Shown here: positions 27,005-32,000 of the stretch, in pieces
Numbering within the stretch: position 1 is the stretch's first letter
How the letters are laid out: every line of letters begins with the position of its first letter
Source of the DNA: Synechococcus sp. A15-28
GTDB lineage: Bacteria > Cyanobacteriota > Cyanobacteriia > PCC-6307 > Cyanobiaceae
Assembly: GCF_014280175.1 (NCBI RefSeq)
Contig: NZ_CP047931.1
Coordinates: 1,140,001 to 1,172,000 of the forward strand
DNA length: 32,000 nucleotides
Direction: 5' to 3'
The notes under the pieces: generated by a model
What the model was told of the DNA's origin: nothing
Database searches by the model: none
What the model saw: the letters and a program-made list of their open reading frames with translations, nothing else
Program-made: the position numbers and the translations under genes

Positions 27005-28168
27005 TCAGCGGAGATACGGCAGCAGTCGCCAGCCGTAACGCTCAAACCGATAGGCAAACAACAAACTGGACAGGTCCTCAGCCGAGGCCTGTCCAGACAG
27101 GCCGTGAATGAGTCGCGTCATGCGCCGATCAGCCTCGGCTGAGTTCAGGCCCCACCAGGTGCGCCGTGCCAATCGATTGGACACGGTCCAACGCCAGCCG
27201 AACCGCTGTCGAAGGGCAGCCTGGAATTCCCGGTGGGATCCCCCCGACAACAGACAGTCGCTCAGGACTGAGGCACTGTCGATGGCATGGCGGATTCCCT
27301 CGCCCCCGAGCAGGTTGGCGGTGCTGGCGGCGTCGCCGACGGCCCAGAGCGATCCATCACCAAGGGGTTGAAGCCGATGGATCGTGCTGGCCACGCGGCC
27401 ACCATGGCGATCCAGCACCGGCAGCTGATCCAGGCCACAGCGTTGCAGCAACCGTCGTAGAGCTTCCCCGAGAGGAACCTTGGGGCGATCTGGAGGTGCC
27501 AACCGGCAAACACCCACCTTGAGCCGGTCCTGCGCCATCGGGAACACCCAGCCGTACCCGTGGGGCATCCATTGATGGCCCAGCATGAAACTGACCCGCT
27601 CACGCCAGCGGGCCGTAGTGCTGGAGTCCCCCTGGAGCAGCCATTCCACCCCGTCTCCGCTGAGCAGGGGATCATCCATGGACTCAACGGCGACGCCGGT
27701 CTGCCGCTGCAGATGCCGGCCCGGACCCGTGGCATCCACCACGAGATCGACCGTTCGATGCTGCTCCTCGCCGGCTGAGGACAACATCACCTCGGCGGAC
27801 TGTGACCCCAACCGATCAAGCCTCACCCGGCAACCGTTCAGCAGCTCAACCCCGGTGCGCCGAGCACGGTCCCAGAGATGGGTTCTGAACTTGGCGAAAT
27901 CGAGCACCACCCCCTGTGGCTCAGCGGCCCACCACTGGTGTTCGAGGCCGCTGGGATCCAGCAGCTGCCATCCCCACCAGCTGGCAGAGCGACAGGCCTC
28001 CGGAATCAACAGGCGATCGGCATCGGCGAGGGGAAGCGCTGCGCTGGAGTAAGCGTTGCGTTCAGGAGTCGGCAGCGCATCGGCCACGGTGACGTCCCAG
28101 CCAGCTTCTGCGAGTTGAACGGCCAGGCTTGCGCCAGCCGGTCCGGCTCCGGCAATCAGAACGTGCAC
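27005..28168 (-). CDS. FAD-dependent oxidoreductase of the geranylgeranyl-reductase-like / lycopene-cyclase-like superfamily
   Basis: MHVLIAGAGPAGASLAVQLAEAGWDVTVAD (GxGxxG), LVVDATGPGRH, HGYGWVFPMAQDRLKVGV, LWAVGDAASTANLLGGEGIRHAIDSA. Confidence 0.75.
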   Translation of the reverse strand: MHVLIAGAGPAGASLAVQLAEAGWDVTVADALPTPERNAYSSAALPLADADRLLIPEACRSASWWGWQLLDPSGLEHQWWAAEPQGVVLDFAKFRTHLWDRARRTGVELLNGCRVRLDRLGSQSAEVMLSSAGEEQHRTVDLVVDATGPGRHLQRQTGVAVESMDDPLLSGDGVEWLLQGDSSTTARWRERVSFMLGHQWMPHGYGWVFPMAQDRLKVGVCRLAPPDRPKVPLGEALRRLLQRCGLDQLPVLDRHGGRVASTIHRLQPLGDGSLWAVGDAASTANLLGGEGIRHAIDSASVLSDCLLSGGSHREFQAALRQRFGWRWTVSNRLARRTWWGLNSAEADRRMTRLIHGLSGQASAEDLSSLLFAYRFERYGWRLLPYLR

Positions 28169-28186
28169 CGGAGATCAGTGCCCCGC

Positions 28187-30118
28187 TCAGGATTGAACCG
28201 CCGGCAGCGATGAGGCACCGGCAAAGTCACGGCCACTGAGCTCAAACCGGCGGCGGATGCGCTCGGCCATCTGAACCGGAGTCAGTCCGAGCGATTCCTT
28301 GCTCTGCTGCGGTGTGGCGTGATCCACCATCTTGTCCGGAATACCGATGCGCAGGAGCGGCACGCTGATGTCCTGATCGGACAACGACTCGAGCACAGCG
28401 GCGCCGAATCCGCCGGCCAGAGCACCCTCTTCCATCGTCACCACCCGCTGAATCCGCCGAGCCAGCGGATGGATCAAGGCCTGATCCAGAGGGCGCAGGA
28501 AGCGCGCGTTGATCACGGTGGTGGACAGACCTGCTTCCTCCAGCAGCGTGGCGGTGTCCAGGGCAGGGTGAACCATGGAGCCGTAGGCCACGATCAGCAG
28601 ATCGTCACCCTCGCGAAGCAGTTCGCCTCGTCCGATGGGGAGCGATTCCCAGCCTTCCTCCATCAATGGCATGCCAACACCGGATCCTCGGGGGATGCGC
28701 AGGGCGGTGGGTCCGTCGTGGTTGAGACAGGTCACCATCATCCGCTGCAGTTCCGCCTCATCCTTGGGAGCCATCACCGTGAAGTTGGGGATGGAGCGCA
28801 TGTAGCTGATGTCGTACTGGCCCTGATGCGTCGGGCCATCGGCACCGACGATGCCGGCCCGGTCCAGCACGAAGGTCACCGGAAGGTTCTGAATGCCGAC
28901 ATCGTGGATCAACTGGTCATAGGCGCGCTGCAGGAAGGTGCTGTAGATCGCCACGACCGGGCGCAGACCTTCACAGGCCATGCCGGCCGCCAGGGTGACC
29001 GCGTGCTGCTCTGCAATGCCGACATCCACGTATTGCTTCGGAACAGCCTTCTGGAGAAGATCAAGTCCGGTTCCTGTGGCCATGGCCGCGGTGATGCCCA
29101 CCACACGGCTGTTCTGTTCGCAGAGCTTGACCAGCGTCTGGCCAAACACCTTGCTGTAACTGGCAGGTTTCGGCTTCTTCGAGGGAATGGCTTTACCGGT
29201 GCTCAGATCAAAGGCGGACTGAGCGTGGTAACCGACCTGGTCAGCTTCGGCATAGGGGTAACCCTTGCCTTTCTTGGTGACCACATGAACCAGCACAGGA
29301 CCGCCATCCCGGTGGGCGGCCTGGAAAGTCCGCATCATTTCGCCGATGTCATGACCATCGACCGGGCCCATGTACGTGAAGCCCAGCTCCTCAAAGACAG
29401 CCCCGACCTTGGGCACCGCAAGGCGACGCATGCTGCCCTTCAGGCGGGTCAGCTCAGCCGGGAGCTCACCTCCCATGAAGGGCAGATGGCGAACGCTTTC
29501 CTCAACACTGCCGGAGATGAACTGCATCGGCGGACTCAGCCGTGCCCGATTCAGAACGTTGGAGATGGCACCCACCGGGGGTGAAATCGACATGTCGTTG
29601 TCGTTGAGAACCACCAGCAAGGGGGTCTCAGGCAGGTGACCGGCATGGTTGATCGCCTCCAGGGCCATGCCACCGGTAAGGGCACCATCGCCAATCACGG
29701 CAACGCACTTGAAGTCCTCTCCGCGATTGTCCCGGGCCATCGCCATGCCCAGGGCCGCAGAAATCGACGTGCTGGCATGGCCGGCACCGAAATGGTCGAA
29801 GTTGCTCTCAGAGCGCTTGAGATACCCGGCGACGCCGTTCTGCTGGCGCAGGGTGTGGAAGTCGTTGAAACGACCGGTAATCAATTTGTGGGGGTAGGCC
29901 TGGTGCCCGACGTCCCAGATGACCCTGTCCCGGTCGAGATCAAGGGTCTGGTACAGCGCCAGGGTGAGCTCAACGACCCCGAGACCTGGTCCGAGATGAC
30001 CACCGCTGGTGGACACCACCTGGAGGTGACGATCGCGTATCTGACGGGCGACATCCTCAAGCTCGGACAGCCTGAGGCCATGCAGCTCGTTCGGATGCGT
30101 CAGATCTCCGAGATGCAT
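28187..30118 (-). CDS. dxs: 1-deoxy-D-xylulose-5-phosphate synthase
   Basis: [104 protein letters not shown]. Confidence 0.97.
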   Translation of the reverse strand: MHLGDLTHPNELHGLRLSELEDVARQIRDRHLQVVSTSGGHLGPGLGVVELTLALYQTLDLDRDRVIWDVGHQAYPHKLITGRFNDFHTLRQQNGVAGYLKRSESNFDHFGAGHASTSISAALGMAMARDNRGEDFKCVAVIGDGALTGGMALEAINHAGHLPETPLLVVLNDNDMSISPPVGAISNVLNRARLSPPMQFISGSVEESVRHLPFMGGELPAELTRLKGSMRRLAVPKVGAVFEELGFTYMGPVDGHDIGEMMRTFQAAHRDGGPVLVHVVTKKGKGYPYAEADQVGYHAQSAFDLSTGKAIPSKKPKPASYSKVFGQTLVKLCEQNSRVVGITAAMATGTGLDLLQKAVPKQYVDVGIAEQHAVTLAAGMACEGLRPVVAIYSTFLQRAYDQLIHDVGIQNLPVTFVLDRAGIVGADGPTHQGQYDISYMRSIPNFTVMAPKDEAELQRMMVTCLNHDGPTALRIPRGSGVGMPLMEEGWESLPIGRGELLREGDDLLIVAYGSMVHPALDTATLLEEAGLSTTVINARFLRPLDQALIHPLARRIQRVVTMEEGALAGGFGAAVLESLSDQDISVPLLRIGIPDKMVDHATPQQSKESLGLTPVQMAERIRRRFELSGRDFAGASSLPAVQS

Positions 30119-30198
30119 GCACCATGCGCTCCAGTTCATGCAATCTACGGCGTCCGTTCCTTGGAGCCGTTAGCCCTGAACATGGGGAGAATGGAGGG

Positions 30199-31728
30199 AT
30201 GACCGACTATCTCCAGCGGATCCTTCGGGCTCGCGTCTACGACGTCGCGCGGGAGACACCGCTTGACCCCGCCCCCAACCTCAGTCGCCGACTCGGCAAT
30301 GAGGTGCTGCTGAAACGTGAGGACCTTCAACCGGTGTTCTCTTTCAAGCTGCGTGGTGCTTACAACCGCATGGCCCAGCTCACCAAGGAAGAGCTGAGCC
30401 GCGGTGTGATCGCCTCGAGCGCCGGGAACCATGCCCAGGGGGTGGCTCTGAGTGCAGGGAAGCTCGGCTGCCGCGCCGTCATCGTGATGCCGGCCACCAC
30501 TCCCGAAGTGAAGGTGCGCGCTGTCCGTGCCCTGGGGGGGGAGGTGGTGCTCCATGGGGAGACCTATGACGAATGCTCGGCAGAGGCACGAAAGCGTTGC
30601 GCGGAGGAGGGTCTCACCTATATCCACCCATTCGATGACCCCGAAGTGATCGCGGGCCAGGGGACCATTGGCCTGGAGATCATGCGGCAGTGCCAGGAAC
30701 CACCGGATGCCATCTACGTGGCTGTTGGCGGTGGCGGACTGATCGCCGGTATCGGCGCTTACGTCAAACAACTCTGGCCAAGCACCGAAATCATCGGAGT
30801 GGAACCGCTGGATGCGGATGCCATGGCCCAATCCATCGAGAAGGGAGAACGGGTTGAGCTTGAACAGGTGGGACTGTTCGCCGATGGTGTTGCTGTGCGC
30901 AAGGTGGGGGAGCACACCTTTGCCCTGGCGCAGCAGTTCGTGGACCGCATGGTTCGTGTCGATACGGACGCGATCTGTGCCGCCATCAAGGACGTCTTTG
31001 AAGACACCCGTTCCATCCTTGAACCGGCTGGTGCCCTGGCTGTCGCTGGGTTGAAGCAGGACGTGGCCGATCGCCGTTCCAGCAACCGTCGGCTTGTGGC
31101 CGTGGCCTGTGGGGCCAACATGAACTTTGATCGGCTGCGGTTCATCGCCGAACGTTCCGAGCTGGGGGAAAACCGCGAAGCCATGCTGGCGGTGGAAATC
31201 CCTGAGCATCCAGGAAGCCTCAGATCGCTCTGTGATCACCTGCGCCATCGCAGCCTCACTGAATTCAGCTACCGGATGAGTGAGGGCGCATCAGCCCACA
31301 TCTTCATCGGCGTGCAGGTGGACGGGGAGCAGGATCGCCACCAGCTCGTGAATGGCCTCGACCAGCAGGGATTCACGTGCCTCAATCTCAGCGACAACGA
31401 ACTCGCCAAGGTTCATCTGCGTCACATGGTGGGGGGCCGTCTACCCACCGCCTCCAGGACAAGTTGTGCCGGGGACTGCCTGGAACTTCTTTATCGCTTT
31501 GAATTTCCGGAGCGGCCGGGAGCGCTCATGCGTTTCGTCACTGCCCTCAACCCCGGCTGGAGCATCAGCATCTTCCACTACCGCAACCATGGAGCTGACG
31601 TGGGTCGGATCGTGGTGGGCGTGCTTATTCCGGTTGACGAACACTCCCAGTGGACAGCCTTTCTCGAGGAACTTGGCTACCCCCACTGGGACGAAACCGA
31701 CAATCCGGCCTACACCCTGTTCCTCTGA
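30199..31728 (+). CDS. ilvA: Biosynthetic threonine ammonia-lyase (threonine dehydratase) with C-terminal regulatory domains
   Basis: LLKREDLQPVFSFKLRGAYNRMAQL, SAGNHAQGVALSAG, VAVGGGGLIAGIGAYVKQ, EPAGALAVAGLK, then C-terminal ACT-like regulatory region (ERPGALMRFVTALNPGWSISIFHYRNHGADVGRIVVGV). Confidence 0.96.
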   Translation: MTDYLQRILRARVYDVARETPLDPAPNLSRRLGNEVLLKREDLQPVFSFKLRGAYNRMAQLTKEELSRGVIASSAGNHAQGVALSAGKLGCRAVIVMPATTPEVKVRAVRALGGEVVLHGETYDECSAEARKRCAEEGLTYIHPFDDPEVIAGQGTIGLEIMRQCQEPPDAIYVAVGGGGLIAGIGAYVKQLWPSTEIIGVEPLDADAMAQSIEKGERVELEQVGLFADGVAVRKVGEHTFALAQQFVDRMVRVDTDAICAAIKDVFEDTRSILEPAGALAVAGLKQDVADRRSSNRRLVAVACGANMNFDRLRFIAERSELGENREAMLAVEIPEHPGSLRSLCDHLRHRSLTEFSYRMSEGASAHIFIGVQVDGEQDRHQLVNGLDQQGFTCLNLSDNELAKVHLRHMVGGRLPTASRTSCAGDCLELLYRFEFPERPGALMRFVTALNPGWSISIFHYRNHGADVGRIVVGVLIPVDEHSQWTAFLEELGYPHWDETDNPAYTLFL

Positions 31729-31767
31729 CGTTGACGGCGATACCTTGGGCCATTGCGGCGGTTCGCG

Positions 31768-32000
31768 ATGTCCACACCGTCTCTTGCGGCCCAGATCGAA
31801 GCCATCCTCTACCTGAAGGGTCGTCCCATCGGTCTCAATGAGCTGTCTGAGCTCGCCCGAGCCGAACCCCAGGCGGTGCAGCAGGCCCTGCTGGCCCTCT
31901 CAGCTGGCTACGCCCAGCGGGATACAGCGCTGGAGATCGTGGACCAGAACGGTCGTTTCGGTCTGCAGCTGCGTCCGGCCCTTGCGGACCTGGTTCAGAA
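31768..32000 (+). CDS. scpB: Segregation and condensation protein B, N-terminal part (truncated by window end)
   Basis: From ATG 31768: MSTPSLAAQIEAILYLKGRPIGLNELSELARAEPQAVQQALLALSAGYAQRDTALEIVDQNGRFGLQLRPALADLVQ; ScpB winged-helix pattern. Confidence 0.85.
   Translation, partial: MSTPSLAAQIEAILYLKGRPIGLNELSELARAEPQAVQQALLALSAGYAQRDTALEIVDQNGRFGLQLRPALADLVQ

Noticed and set aside
26550-27038. 162-aa plus-strand ORF overlapping DUF3593 and psaK
   Set aside because: Out of frame with the recognisable DUF3593 and PsaK proteins; composition is Arg/Gly/Ser-rich shadow sequence.
28319-29584. 421-aa plus-strand ORF fully antisense to dxs
   Set aside because: Low-complexity, shadow-like translation rich in H/G/Q in a GC-rich genome with no recognisable domain; dxs on the minus strand accounts for the coding signal.
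30145-31248. 367-aa minus-strand ORF antisense to ilvA
   Set aside because: No recognisable motifs; ilvA has clear PLP-enzyme motifs throughout. A typical antisense open frame from GC-biased third positions.
1-32000. Search for CRISPR arrays, transposons, defence systems, BGCs or phage remnants
   Set aside because: No regularly spaced repeats, terminal inverted repeats, integrase/transposase or hallmark defence motifs were seen. Essentially all sequence is explained by housekeeping genes.

Overview
This window looks like compact, GC-rich core chromosome from a marine picocyanobacterium. A Synechococcus-like origin is inferred from psaK, ggpS and the ggt transporter, DUF2499/DUF3593, DUF3110 and the Tat-type PrxQ. 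Gene order: M61-type peptidase fragment (-), DUF1257/Ycf35-like (-), purN, argC (-), ribBA, cyclophilin (-), mtnP, murQ (-), DUF3110 (-), DnaJ-like (-), DnaK (-), pstC-pstA-pstB, tRNA-Ser(GGA) (-), [2Fe-2S] ferredoxin, inositol monophosphatase family, hisZ, 3Fe/4Fe-type ferredoxin, htpG, rpmB, peroxiredoxin Q-like, ggpS-ggtB-ggtC-ggtD-ggtA, PstS/SphX-like protein, csaB (-), DUF2499, DUF3593, psaK, FAD oxidoreductase (-), dxs (-), ilvA, scpB (partial). I found no CRISPR array, transposase, prophage, toxin-antitoxin pair or defence island, and no convincing evidence of an undescribed multi-gene system. The points most worth a second look are: (1) a near-perfect hairpin just upstream of rpmB; (2) a Pho-box-like direct repeat overlapping the ggtA stop codon and preceding a locally AT-richer PstS/SphX-like gene; (3) a fully translationally coupled glucosylglycerol synthesis/transport cluster whose binding protein lacks a lipobox cysteine; (4) an atypical overlapping DnaK/DnaJ pair with a DUF3110 gene; (5) a GTG-start M61-like peptidase that the ORF track missed. 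No database or folding computation was run; family calls come from motif and sequence recognition.
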